Shown here: piece after piece, positions 1 to 9,189 of the stretch
How positions within the stretch are numbered: position 1 is the stretch's first letter
Layout: every line of letters starts with the position of its first letter
NCBI GenBank assembly: GCA_035526335.1
Contig: DATLCN010000035.1
Span: 39,824-103,823, forward strand
Direction: 5' to 3'
DNA length: 64,000 bases
Source: Acidimicrobiales bacterium
GTDB lineage: Bacteria; Actinomycetota; Acidimicrobiia; Acidimicrobiales; GCA-2861595
Notes under the pieces: generated by a model
The model's input: only the letters and a program-made list of their open reading frames with translations
Told to the model about the DNA's origin: nothing
Database searches by the model: none
Made by a program: the position numbers and the translations under genes

Positions 1-2
1 AG

Positions 3-206
3 AACATCCGCCTGCCGAGCGAGGTCCGCCCCACGACGATGTTCCGCCAGCGGATCAACGACGCCTACAACACCGACTACATCGAGGAGCACAATCTCGG
101 CGTCGTCTCGTTCCGCGGCACGAGCGTCCGGCACTCCTTCCACACGCCGAAAGGGAAGAAATCCGAGCGCACGTGGGACTTCGCCAACGCCCGCTACTGG
201 GAGTGA
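3..206 (+). CDS. 3' end of an unidentified protein-coding gene (5' part outside window)
   Basis: Frame is open from the window edge to TGA 204-206. Third codon positions are almost all G/C, as in the confident genes here. The tail '...FRGTSVRHSFHTPKGKKSERTWDFANARYWE' is not recognised. Confidence 0.5.
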   Translation, partial: NIRLPSEVRPTTMFRQRINDAYNTDYIEEHNLGVVSFRGTSVRHSFHTPKGKKSERTWDFANARYWE

Positions 207-285
207 AGGGGTTCCGCCCTGCCCCGCAGCGATCTCAGGACCAGAACGGGGCACCGTCGGCGGTTCGACGTGCCGGCCGCTGGCG

Positions 286-1488
286 TCACAACGGGATCCG
301 GATGGCGACGATGGCGATGTCGTCGCGGGGGTCGCCGGCCTGGAACTTCATGACTTCGTCGAGCACGTCTTGGGCGAGCATCGCCGCCGACCGGGCGGAG
401 CCCCGGATGGCTGTCGCCAGCTTCTCCTCGCCGAAGAAGTGCTTGCCGTGCCGGCCTTCGGTGACGCCGTCGGTGTAGAGGAGCATGCTGGCCCCGGACT
501 CCAGGAGCACCTCGGTGTCGGCGAACTCGGGAGACGGCAGAACACCCAGCAGTGGTCCAAAGGTTCCGATAGGCACCGCCGGCTCCCGCTGCCGCCACAA
601 GAGCGGAAGCGGGTGCCCTGCGCAGCCGACCGTGGCTGTCCAGGCGCTGCCGGAGTGGCGCAGGCGCAGGAGGGTGACGGTGCAGAACCGGTCGGTCTCG
701 TGGTGCAGCAGCACCATATTCAAAGTTGCGAGGATGTCTGCGGGCCGGCGCTGGTGGACGGCGGCGGCTCGGATGGTGTGGCGGGCCAGGGCGGTGACCC
801 CGGCGGCCTCCACGCCTTTGCCGCAGACGTCGCCGATGGCCACCACCCAGTCTCCCGAGCCGATCTCGAAGATGTCGTAGAAATCGCCGCCCACCTCGTC
901 GCCGCTGCCCGCGGGGCGGTAGACCGCGGCGATGTCCAGTCCCTCGATGGTGGGCGGCGTCGGGGGGATCAGGGTCTGCTGCAGCGTGCGTGCCAGCAGC
1001 GTGGCCCGGGCTTCGGAGGCCTCGGCACGTTCCTTGGAGCGAAGGAGCTCGCGCTCGTACTCCCGGCGCTCGGTGGCGTCGAACACCGCGGTTCGCACCA
1101 CCACCGGCGAGCCGCTGTCGTCGCGCTCGAGGATCGAGTTCACGAGCACCGGCAGCCGTTTTCCGTCGGTGCGCACGATGTCGAGCGCGATCTCCCGGGC
1201 GCTGCCCTGCATCTGCAGCATCGGCGCGTAGTGCGTCTCGTGGTAGATCCGGCCGCCGGGGGTCAGGAGGTCCGTGAATCGGCGCCGCCCGACGAGCTGT
1301 TCGCGGGAGTACCCCGTGAGGGTGAGCATGGTCTGGTTGACCTTGACGATCGTGCCGTCGGGCTTTGTGGACAGGTAGCCGCAGGGTGCCCGCTCGTAGA
1401 GAGCGGTGGGATCGTCGTCGAGAAGCGCGCTGTAGAACGCGTCGACCGCCTTGTCGCTGCTCATCTCGACCGACGGCCTGTCAGCCAT
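286..1488 (-). CDS. PAS-domain SpoIIE/PP2C-type serine phosphatase (RsbP-like)
   Basis: 400-aa ORF with an N-terminal PAS-like region, a coiled-coil linker, and a C-terminal PP2C/SpoIIE region with 'GDVCGKG' and 'LLYTDGVTEG'. It overlaps the upstream hydrolase gene by 8 nt. Confidence 0.9.
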   Translation of the reverse strand: MADRPSVEMSSDKAVDAFYSALLDDDPTALYERAPCGYLSTKPDGTIVKVNQTMLTLTGYSREQLVGRRRFTDLLTPGGRIYHETHYAPMLQMQGSAREIALDIVRTDGKRLPVLVNSILERDDSGSPVVVRTAVFDATERREYERELLRSKERAEASEARATLLARTLQQTLIPPTPPTIEGLDIAAVYRPAGSGDEVGGDFYDIFEIGSGDWVVAIGDVCGKGVEAAGVTALARHTIRAAAVHQRRPADILATLNMVLLHHETDRFCTVTLLRLRHSGSAWTATVGCAGHPLPLLWRQREPAVPIGTFGPLLGVLPSPEFADTEVLLESGASMLLYTDGVTEGRHGKHFFGEEKLATAIRGSARSAAMLAQDVLDEVMKFQAGDPRDDIAIVAIRIPL

Positions 1489-2278
1489 GCACGAATGCAG
1501 CGATCACCTCGAACGTCTCGCCGGGCGCGCTGAGGTTCGGGCAGTGCCCGGTGGCATCGAGCATCACCAGCTTCGCGTGGGGGATCGTGTCACGGACGAA
1601 CTGGCCGACGGCTACAGGTGCGATGGCGTCGTTGGTGCACTGCAGCACGAGCGTGGGAGTTGACACCTTGGCGAGGTCGGCACGATTGTCCGACAGGAAT
1701 GTGACCCTGGCGAACTGGCGGGCGATCTCCGGGTCGCTCCGACAGAAGCTGGCGGCGAGTTCCTCACTCAGCTCGGGCCGCTCGGGATTCCCCATGATCA
1801 CCGGCGCGATGGCACTTGACCATCCCAGGTAGTTGCTGTCCAGCGAGTCGAGCAGCTCTTCGATGTCGTCCTTGGTGAAGCCGCCGGCGTAGGCACCGTC
1901 GTCGATGTAGCGGGGCGACGGGCTCACGAGCACGAGCTTGGAGAAGAGGTCCGGCTCGTCGATCGCCGCGAGCACGCCCATCATCGACGACACGGAATGG
2001 CCGACGAAGATGACGTCGCCGAGGTCGAGCTCGTGGCAGATGTCGACCACGTCCTGGGCGTAGGCATCGAGTGAGGTGTAGCGGTCCGGGTCATACGACG
2101 ACGTGTCGGAACCTCCGGCGCCCACGTGGTCGAACAGCACGACCTTGAAGTCGGGTTCGAAGCGCGGCGCCACGAAGCGCCACATGTTCTGGTCGCACCC
2201 GAAGCCATGGGCGAACAACATGGCCTGGCCGTCCGGCTGCCCGGAGATTGCCACGTTGTGACGCTCTGCGACACCCAT
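1481..2278 (-). CDS. alpha/beta hydrolase of the RsbQ / D14 / KAI2 clade
   Basis: 265-aa ORF with 'FAHGFGCDQNMW', nucleophile elbow 'VGHSVSSMMG' and C-terminal 'ATGHCPNLSAP' (Ser-Asp-His type). Confidence 0.88.
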   Translation of the reverse strand: MGVAERHNVAISGQPDGQAMLFAHGFGCDQNMWRFVAPRFEPDFKVVLFDHVGAGGSDTSSYDPDRYTSLDAYAQDVVDICHELDLGDVIFVGHSVSSMMGVLAAIDEPDLFSKLVLVSPSPRYIDDGAYAGGFTKDDIEELLDSLDSNYLGWSSAIAPVIMGNPERPELSEELAASFCRSDPEIARQFARVTFLSDNRADLAKVSTPTLVLQCTNDAIAPVAVGQFVRDTIPHAKLVMLDATGHCPNLSAPGETFEVIAAFVHG

Positions 2279-2484
2279 GGCGCGAGGCTATGGTCGCCCG
2301 CCCGGGGCCACCGACTCGATTCTCGATTGAACCAGGCGATCTCCCCATCGCGCGAGCTCGTGCTCTCGGCGTCCGCGGTACTGGTCAAGCCGGTGGCCAT
2401 CGACGCCCTCGCCGACATCTCGACCATTTTGGCCTGCCTTGGACCGTCGTCCCATCTGACCGCCCTGAGAGTCGAGGCGCTGCC

Positions 2485-2742
2485 CTAAGACCGGCGGTCC
2501 GCTCTGGGGGTCGCTGCGGTGCTGTCGCGGCCGAGGGTCGTGATGGCGAGGCGCAACGAAGTGTCGGCGCCGTGGTGGACGACGCTGGTATGGGCTGGAG
2601 GCTGCTGGTGCGGGATGTGCTGGCCGAGATGGTGGAGCGCGATCTGCAGGGTCAACCGGCTGCCACCGGCGCTGGCCATCAGTTCCTCGGCGGCGTCATG
2701 CGCGTCCACCCCCCGGTGGGCGAGGATGACGGCCCGCTTCAT
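2485..2742 (-). CDS. small hypothetical protein (about 85 aa), uncertain
   Basis: Part of ORF 2485..2931(-). From ATG 2742 ('MKRAVILAHRG...') third-position G/C is high, whereas upstream of it the frame looks less coding. No family recognised. Confidence 0.3.
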   Translation of the reverse strand: MKRAVILAHRGVDAHDAAEELMASAGGSRLTLQIALHHLGQHIPHQQPPAHTSVVHHGADTSLRLAITTLGRDSTAATPRADRRS

Positions 2743-3080
2743 CACGACATCACCCCGGTGGCTGATTGGTGTACGTGTCACCGGCACCGCGAACGGGGCT
2801 TCCTGCGCTCGGTGGTGGCGATGTTGGATCTCATCCGGCGACCTCCTGCTCGGCTCCGATGAGGAATCCGCCGACTGCGCAAATGGAGAAAACTTCCGCC
2901 AGAGGGTACCGCCTCCCCAACCGGTTTGCAATGCCTGAAGACGTGACTGATGGCGCCGACGAAGACGCCTTCCACAGCGGCGCTGTCCACCGTCATCAGG
3001 TTCGGCCGGTCGTACATCGCCTCCAGCTCGGAGGCGGAGGGGTCGAGGGTGCCGGCGCCGGTGCGGCTGAACGTGCCGGC

Positions 3081-3569
3081 TCAGGCCTTCTTCTCCTCCT
3101 CCGGCTCCCGCTCCTTGCGGCGCACTAGGAAGCTGGCGAGGGAGAGCAGCAAAACGACGCCCCCGAGCACCGACACCTCGGTCATCGCGTCGGTGAAGGC
3201 GTCCCCCTCGTCACCCCGCGCGTGCTGGCTCGCCAGCGTCACCAGGACGATCTCCTTGATGGAGGCGATGATGCCGACGATGAGGAAGGGCTCGGCCACC
3301 AGCTTCTTCTCGGTCATGGTGGCGCGGATTCCGGCCAGCAGTTCGAGGAGAATGAAGGCGAGCAGCAGTCCGTCGAGCGCCTCGGCCACGGCGGTACGCG
3401 CGCCGTCGTCGGTGTCGAGCAACAGGTGGTAGCAGACCATGACTATCACGGCCACTGCCCCTAAGATGAGAAGGGCTCCGGCCGCCGCGTAGACGACGTT
3501 CTCGGCGAAACGGAGCGCGCGGTCGGCCGGTTCTGCGACCGGTTCCCCAGGCTTGGTGCCGGGGGTCAT
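3081..3569 (-). CDS. psiE: PsiE-family (phosphate-starvation-inducible E-like) membrane protein
   Basis: 162 aa with four hydrophobic helices. Motifs 'LLLAFILLELL' and 'EPFLIVGIIASIKEIV' are typical of PsiE. ATGA overlap with the upstream PPOX gene. Confidence 0.78.
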   Translation of the reverse strand: MTPGTKPGEPVAEPADRALRFAENVVYAAAGALLILGAVAVIVMVCYHLLLDTDDGARTAVAEALDGLLLAFILLELLAGIRATMTEKKLVAEPFLIVGIIASIKEIVLVTLASQHARGDEGDAFTDAMTEVSVLGGVVLLLSLASFLVRRKEREPEEEKKA

Positions 3570-3991
3570 CCGACCCAGGGGCCGACGCCGCCGATGCGCT
3601 CGACCTCGACCCGCATGACGACACCGGGAGGCGGATCGTCGAAGGGCGGGAACTTGGTCCCCAACTCGACGTAGGAGTGGGCCAGGCGCTGGAGCAGTTG
3701 CGCCCCCCCGCCCTCGGTGATCCGAGCCCGGCCGTGTACGACGAGGTACTCCATCAGGCCGATCTCGTTGCGCCGGGTTCCCTCCATCGACATCGCCACC
3801 CTCGGGTCACGCCGAACGTTGCGGAGCTTCTTCCAGTTCCCGAGGTGACCCGAAACGATCTCGCCGTCCTCGATGCCGACCCAGACGACGGTGACGTGGG
3901 GGCTGCCGTCGTCGTCGAGGGTGACCATGTGGGCCAGGGGAGCGGACGCAATGAACTCCACGGCCGCTTGGGGAAGTTCCACCGGCGCCAC
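3566..3991 (-). CDS. PPOX-class (pyridoxamine 5'-phosphate oxidase-like), probably F420-dependent oxidoreductase
   Basis: 141 aa with 'LAHMVTLDDDGSPHVTVVWVG...KKLRNVRRDPRVAMS', characteristic of the split-barrel PPOX family. Confidence 0.85.
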   Translation of the reverse strand: MAPVELPQAAVEFIASAPLAHMVTLDDDGSPHVTVVWVGIEDGEIVSGHLGNWKKLRNVRRDPRVAMSMEGTRRNEIGLMEYLVVHGRARITEGGGAQLLQRLAHSYVELGTKFPPFDDPPPGVVMRVEVERIGGVGPWVG

Positions 3992-4133
3992 GCTATCGCC
4001 GCCCCCGCACCACCTACCCTCGTCGCGGAATGCGATCAGGAGGGGGCTACGGGTGGCATCACCGGCTGGGCAGGGACCCGGACGCGGTGGCGGGCAAGTC
4101 CCTCGACCGCGCTCTGCTGCGAGGGGTGTTCAA

Positions 4134-4174
4134 ATTAAAAAATCCGGGCCGTCTACCGGGTCGCGGCAGGCCGG
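4134..4174 (-). terminator. candidate intrinsic terminator downstream of vapBC
   Basis: On the minus strand an imperfect GC stem (4144-4174) is followed by a U-tract (complement of 'AAATTAAAAAAT', 4134-4142). This is one of very few A/T runs in the window. It lies about 50 nt after the vapC stop. Confidence 0.35.
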
Positions 4175-4221
4175 CTACGCCGATCGACCATTCGTTTCCG
4201 GTTCAGGTCTCCACGGGTGGA

Positions 4222-4608
4222 TCAGGCACCCCCGACGCGAACGTCGTTGACGGTGTGCCGAGCGAGGGCACGCAGGTCTCGAAGGTCCCCGGTGAGCACC
4301 GTCGCTCCGCCCACTGCGTCGGCGAGAGCAACAACGATGGCGTCGACCGCCGACGGCTTGCGGACGCCGACTACCGCCGTCCGCAGCGCCGCGCCTTTGC
4401 GTGCGAGGTTTTCGTCGGTGGAGAGCACCTCGCAGGTGCGTAGGAGGCGGTTTTCGTGGAAGTCTCGGCGGTGGTCGCCCGTGAGGGCTTCGGTCAGCAC
4501 CACCGCCGGTACGAGCGCCGGCCACTCGCCCCTGCGTCGCAGCTCCTCCAGACGGGCTCGGTTCTCGGCCAGCAGGGACAGCCCGCCGGAGTCGAGGACC
4601 AAGGTCAC
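4222..4608 (-). CDS. vapC: PIN-domain toxin (VapC family)
   Basis: 128 aa with 'LVLDSGGLSLL' at the N-terminus and 'ATVLTGDLRDL' near the C-terminus. GTGA overlap with the upstream antitoxin. Confidence 0.85.
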   Translation of the reverse strand: MTLVLDSGGLSLLAENRARLEELRRRGEWPALVPAVVLTEALTGDHRRDFHENRLLRTCEVLSTDENLARKGAALRTAVVGVRKPSAVDAIVVALADAVGGATVLTGDLRDLRALARHTVNDVRVGGA

Positions 4609-4862
4609 GCTGAGCGGCGGTTCTGCTTGGTCACAAACAGCTTGTCCGCCCAGGCCGTCGCCTCCGTCCGCTGCGCCTCGTTCGTGGGCCCAAGCTCGGT
4701 CTCGAGCTCAGCCAGGTAGGTATCGAGCTCGGCGATCTTGGCCAGTCGGCCCAGCTCGGTTGAGACGGCCCGCTGGGCGAGCTGGGAGATATTCAGCCCA
4801 GCGCCCCGCGCTTGGTGGTAGAGGTCGTCCGGGATGGTGATGTTGACGCGGGCCATGCGCAT
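4605..4862 (-). CDS. vapB: ribbon-helix-helix / CcdA-like antitoxin partner of VapC
   Basis: 'M(R)MARVNITIPDDLYHQARGAGLNISQLAQRAV...'. The ORF track extends to 4943, but ATG 4862 or 4856 gives the typical antitoxin N-terminus. Confidence 0.75.
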   Translation of the reverse strand: MRMARVNITIPDDLYHQARGAGLNISQLAQRAVSTELGRLAKIAELDTYLAELETELGPTNEAQRTEATAWADKLFVTKQNRRSA

Positions 4863-5240
4863 AGAATACACATCATGAGGGCGGGACTGGAGGCTCGTCC
4901 GGGCGTGCCGCCCAAAATCGCCCGGGCCGCTCCGACGTGCCATTCACCGACCGGGAGGTGAGCGGCATTCGCTACGGGGCGGGCTGCAGACGGGCTACCG
5001 GCGCGGGCTGGGCTGCGGCTCGCGCCACTAAGTAACTCGGGTCCCTGAGCGGGGCACCGACGGCGGCCCTGGGCCGACCACGAGCGACCAGAAATGGAAC
5101 CCGACCGCACGCCCGTGACCGCCATGACACGCCGAATCGAACATCAATTTGTGGCCTGTTTGTGGCCTGCGCGTGGCCTGACCCGCTCACGAGGCCCCGT
5201 CGGCCGCCCGCTCACCCGGTCTGACCAGCACATTTCCAAG

Positions 5241-5312
5241 CGCCCTCGGCAGGACTCGAACCTGCGCCACCGGCTCCGGAGGCCGGTGCTCTATCCGCTG
5301 AGCTACGAGGGC
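5241..5312 (-). tRNA. tRNA-Arg (anticodon CCG)
   Basis: The reverse complement reads GCCCTCG-TA-GCTC-AGCGGATA-GAGC-A-CCGGC-CTCCGGA-GCCGG-TGGC-GCAGG-TTCGAGT-CCTGC-CGAGGGC-G. This is a full cloverleaf with anticodon loop CT-CCG-GA. CCA is not encoded. Confidence 0.95.
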
Positions 5313-5637
5313 ATCTGCACTGCTGACCAGCGGGTCCCACCTGAGGACCCGCTCCCTTGCTGCTCAAACGCAACCTGGGGTGCCAATTCCGCCACGACGA
5401 TGGATACGGCGATCGCCAACCCGTTGAGGTGGGCACGGCGCATCCTACCGGCGTCTGCCCAATCCAATGCGCCAGCAGTCATTGACTAGTCATCGAGGCC
5501 GGTGTACAACTGGTCGAAGCAGGTGTCGCACCAACGGTTCCATTTGAGCGGGTTCGTCCGGTTCGGTCGTAACAGCGGAGCGCCTTGCCTGCATACGTGG
5601 ATCGAAACGTTCGATCCCAATTTCTCTAGGGGGGAAG

Positions 5638-6786
5638 ATGAAACACTTCAGAAGCCTTCGGCGCTTCATCGCCATTCTCGCGGCCGTGCTGTTGCCGGCT
5701 GCGCTCTTCGCCGGCACGCCGGCCTCGGCAGATAGGCGAGCGTCGGATACGGCTCCATCTGGCCACTTCAGCTGCCGCGCCAGCGTGGCCCGCGTGGAAC
5801 CGGACGGCGTCATCGGGTTTCTGCCCACCATCGAGCCCTTCGTCGCCAACAAGCCCAACGACCCCTGCGTGACCGAGGCCGACCAGAACCTCCTGAACAC
5901 GGTGGGCAAGATCATCGATCATGTCGCCCTCGGAGTTGACGTCAAGATCGTGTATGCCGACACCGTCAACCTCCCGGGCAAGAAGGCCGTGGCGGAAGCC
6001 GGCGTGGCCAAGGTCAGGATCGTGGTGCTGAACGCGCTCGGCTTGCACACCACCATCGAGGTGGAGGTCCTCACCTCGGAGGCGAGGGCCCTCTGCATCC
6101 CGAATTCCAACGTGCCCAACCTGCGTGGAAGGTCCACGGTCGTGGGCCTTCGCATCGACGGGCTCGACGTCGAGGTGCCACGCGGCGAGCGCAGCATCAA
6201 CATCCCGTTCGTGGGCACGCTGTACCTCAACAAGACCATCACCGGTAACAACGAAGTGGCGCAGCGGGCCCTGTGGCTCGACACCTCCATCGTCGGTGAC
6301 GTGATCGTGGCGGAGTCGATCGCCGACTTCGGGGGCACACCCTGTCCCGGAACGATCGTCAAGCCCCCCAAGCGGATCCACGGTTGGATGACCGGTGGAG
6401 GCAAGGTGGCCGGCTCCAACGTCACCCATGGGGCCCGGCTTGAGTGCGAGGAGCTGGACGGCCCGAACAACCTTCAGGTCAACTGGCAGGGCAACGGCTT
6501 CCATCTGCTGTCGGTTGCCGGTTCGGGTTGCGCCGAGACGGCTCTGAACCAGGAGAAGCCCGACGCCAATTTCGACACCCTCACCGGAAATGGTGAAGGC
6601 AGGTGCCAGGACGGGTCGGTCACCACGGCGAAGTGGACGCTCACCGACGGCGGCGAGCCCGGTACGGCTGATTCATTCGAGATCACGATCCCGAATCCGG
6701 ATCTGGGCAACCAGAGTTCCAGCTGCGCCGTTCACGTCTCGGGTCTCCTCGACCGCGGCAACCATCAGGCGCACGGCCGCATCTAG
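5638..6786 (+). CDS. secreted hypothetical protein (signal peptide; C-terminal region resembles 'post-COAP-1'-type domains)
   Basis: 382 aa. N-terminal 'MKHFRSLRRFIAILAAVLLPAALFAGTPASA'. C-terminal 'TDGGEPGTADSFEITI...SGLLDRGNHQAH'. The gene is visibly less GC-rich than its neighbours. Confidence 0.75.
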   Translation: MKHFRSLRRFIAILAAVLLPAALFAGTPASADRRASDTAPSGHFSCRASVARVEPDGVIGFLPTIEPFVANKPNDPCVTEADQNLLNTVGKIIDHVALGVDVKIVYADTVNLPGKKAVAEAGVAKVRIVVLNALGLHTTIEVEVLTSEARALCIPNSNVPNLRGRSTVVGLRIDGLDVEVPRGERSINIPFVGTLYLNKTITGNNEVAQRALWLDTSIVGDVIVAESIADFGGTPCPGTIVKPPKRIHGWMTGGGKVAGSNVTHGARLECEELDGPNNLQVNWQGNGFHLLSVAGSGCAETALNQEKPDANFDTLTGNGEGRCQDGSVTTAKWTLTDGGEPGTADSFEITIPNPDLGNQSSSCAVHVSGLLDRGNHQAHGRI

Positions 6787-6928
6787 CGGGAGGCCACAAC
6801 CCTGGCGCCAGCTCCGGACCCGTTCCATGGTGCGGAGCTGTCGCCTTCGGGTTGGTGAGGATGTGGCCCGATCCTGCACCCCGCTGGATCTGCGTGCTCT
6901 GGGCCGCCTTGGGTCAGCGTACGATGAC

Positions 6929-7306
6929 ATGATGCCGGCGAGGGTGTTGGTCGTCGATGACGATCCGGTGATCCAGAACCTTCTTCGCGTCAACTTCGAG
7001 ATGGAGGGCTACGAGGTGATCATGGCCGGCGACGGCGTGGACGGTCTCGAGCGGGCCCGGGAGGATGGTCCCGACATCGTCGTGTGCGACATCATGATGC
7101 CCCGCATGGACGGGCTCACCGTCGCCCGGGAGCTGAAGGCCGATCCCGCCACTGCGGCCATCCCGATCCTGCTCCTTTCGGCCAAGGCCCAGCAGGCCGA
7201 CGTGCGGGCGGGGGAGGAGGCCGGTGCCGACGACTACATCACCAAGCCTTTCGACCCGCTCACCCTGCTCGAGCGAGTCGCCGCTCTCCTGGCCACCCGG
7301 CTCTAG
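6929..7306 (+). CDS. stand-alone response-regulator receiver domain (CheY-like)
   Basis: 'MMPARVLVVDDDPVI...DIVVCDIMMPRMDG...ILLLSAKA...DDYITKPF'. Start trimmed from the track ORF (6590) to ATG 6929. Confidence 0.87.
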   Translation: MMPARVLVVDDDPVIQNLLRVNFEMEGYEVIMAGDGVDGLERAREDGPDIVVCDIMMPRMDGLTVARELKADPATAAIPILLLSAKAQQADVRAGEEAGADDYITKPFDPLTLLERVAALLATRL

Positions 7307-7325
7307 CTCGAAGCACCCGCGCCGG

Positions 7326-9083
7326 TCACATCCGGTCCGGAGCCTCGATGCCGAGGAAATCCAGGCCGCGGGCCAGGATCCTCGCCGTGACGTCGCACAG
7401 CGCCAGCCGCGAGCTCCGCTGCTCGTCGGAGTCGGCGCGGAGGATCGGGCAGTGCTCGTAGAAGGTGGTGAAGGCGCTGGCCAGTTCGAACAGGTAGGTA
7501 CACAGCCGGTGGGGTTGGAGCAGGGCGGCTGACTGCTGTACCGCGCTGTCGAAGGAAAGGAGCTGCAGCGCAAGCGCCCGCTCGGTGGGTTCGGCAATGA
7601 CCACGGCGCCGGCACCCACGCCCGCGCCCTCCTCGCCGGCCCGCCGGAAGATGGAGCGGATCCGGGCCCGGGCGTACTGGAGGTACGGGGCGGTGTTGCC
7701 GTCGAACGACAGCATCCGGTCCCAGTCGAAGGCGTAATCCCTGAGCCGGTCGCTGGACAGGTCGGCGTACTTCAGGGCACCGATGCCCACCGCCTGTGCC
7801 ACGGCTTCGCGCTCGGCGACGTCCAGCTCCCGGCCGTTCTCGGTGACCACCACCCTGGCCCGCTCCACCGCCTCCTCGACCAGGTCCACCAGCTTGACCG
7901 TCCCACCGGTGCGGGTCTTGAACGGTCGCCCGTCGGGACCCAGCACCGTTCCGAAGGCGACGTGCTCGGCCCGCCGGCCCTCACCCAACCACCCGGCCTG
8001 CCCGGCCACGGCGAAGACCATGGCGAAGTGCTGGCTCTGGCGGGCGTCGACGACGTAGACGATGCGCTGAGCATCGAGGTCGCGTACCCGGAACCGCAGG
8101 CCGGTCAGGTCGGTGGCGTCGTACCCGTAGCCGCCGTCGCTCTTGCGCACGATGAGGGGAAGCGGCTGGCCCTCCCGACCTACGAACCCCGGCGGAAAGG
8201 CACACAGGGCTCCCTGGTCGACGACCAGAAGCCCCGAGGCCTGCAACTCCTCGACCGTCTCGTCCAGGAGAGAGTTGTAGAAGCTCTCACCCCTGATGTC
8301 CTCCGGTGAGAGGCGCACGCCGAGGCGTCGGTAGACAGCCTCGAAGTGGCGTTGAGATTCGGCGACCAGGGCGCGCCACAGCGCCAGCGTCGGCTCGTCA
8401 CCGCCCTGCAGCGTCACCACCCTGGCCCGTGCCCGCTCGGCGAAAGCGGGATCGGCCTCGAACTTCGCCCGGGCATCCTGGTAGAAGGCGTCGAGGTCAC
8501 CGATGGAGGGACTGGGAGCGCCGGCCTCGGTTCCGAGGTCGGCCAGGTGCTCGATGAGCATGCCGAACGGCGTGCCCCAGTCGCCCAGGTGGTTCTGGCG
8601 TATCACTCGGTGGCCGACGGCGCCGAGCGTGCGCACCAGAGCGTCGCCGATCACCGTGCTCCGGAGGTGCCCGACGTGCATCTCCTTGGCCACGTTCGGG
8701 CCCGAGTAGTCGACGATTACCGTCTCGGGAGTCCCAGCACGGACCAGACCGAGATCGTCGTCCCCGGCCACAGCGGCCACGGCGGCGGCAAGATGGTCGG
8801 GACGCATGGTCAGGTTGATGAAGCCGGGCCCGGCCACCTCGACCTTGTCGCACTGGTCGTCCACCTCGAGCACCTCGACGATGGCCTGGGCGACATCGCG
8901 CGGGCTGCGCCCGACTAAACGGGCCATACCCATGGCTATATTGGCCTGGTAGTCGCCGAACTGCGCCTGCTGCGAGCGCCGGAGCTGGGGATCGGTGGCC
9001 GCGTACTCGGGTCCGAAAGCCCGGGTGATGGCGGTGGCGAACGGGGCCAGGAGAGTGCGCAGAGGGTCGGCCATTTGCATCAT
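7326..9083 (-). CDS. argS: arginine--tRNA ligase
   Basis: 585 aa. It has a class-I 'HVGH' ('EMHVGHLRS') and the C-terminal anticodon-binding region 'YLQYARARI'. Confidence 0.97.
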   Translation of the reverse strand: MMQMADPLRTLLAPFATAITRAFGPEYAATDPQLRRSQQAQFGDYQANIAMGMARLVGRSPRDVAQAIVEVLEVDDQCDKVEVAGPGFINLTMRPDHLAAAVAAVAGDDDLGLVRAGTPETVIVDYSGPNVAKEMHVGHLRSTVIGDALVRTLGAVGHRVIRQNHLGDWGTPFGMLIEHLADLGTEAGAPSPSIGDLDAFYQDARAKFEADPAFAERARARVVTLQGGDEPTLALWRALVAESQRHFEAVYRRLGVRLSPEDIRGESFYNSLLDETVEELQASGLLVVDQGALCAFPPGFVGREGQPLPLIVRKSDGGYGYDATDLTGLRFRVRDLDAQRIVYVVDARQSQHFAMVFAVAGQAGWLGEGRRAEHVAFGTVLGPDGRPFKTRTGGTVKLVDLVEEAVERARVVVTENGRELDVAEREAVAQAVGIGALKYADLSSDRLRDYAFDWDRMLSFDGNTAPYLQYARARIRSIFRRAGEEGAGVGAGAVVIAEPTERALALQLLSFDSAVQQSAALLQPHRLCTYLFELASAFTTFYEHCPILRADSDEQRSSRLALCDVTARILARGLDFLGIEAPDRM

Positions 9084-9189
9084 CGTCGGGGCTGGAGGGC
9101 GGTAGCGTCAAAAGATCCCGCCGCTTCCTCCCCACCTTCTACCGCTGACCGCCGTCACCGGACCCGGCGGCCGCCTCTCGATCGGCGGA

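Noticed and set aside
4134-5312. Integrated mobile element at tRNA-Arg
   Set aside because: The window has no integrase, recombinase or transposase, and I found no second copy of the tRNA 3' end. I report it only as an accessory-looking patch.
5490-6504. Minus-strand ORFs 5490..5915 and 5626..6504
   Set aside because: They lie antisense to, or overlap, the signal-peptide-bearing plus-strand gene and the A/T-richer spacer. No motifs are recognised.
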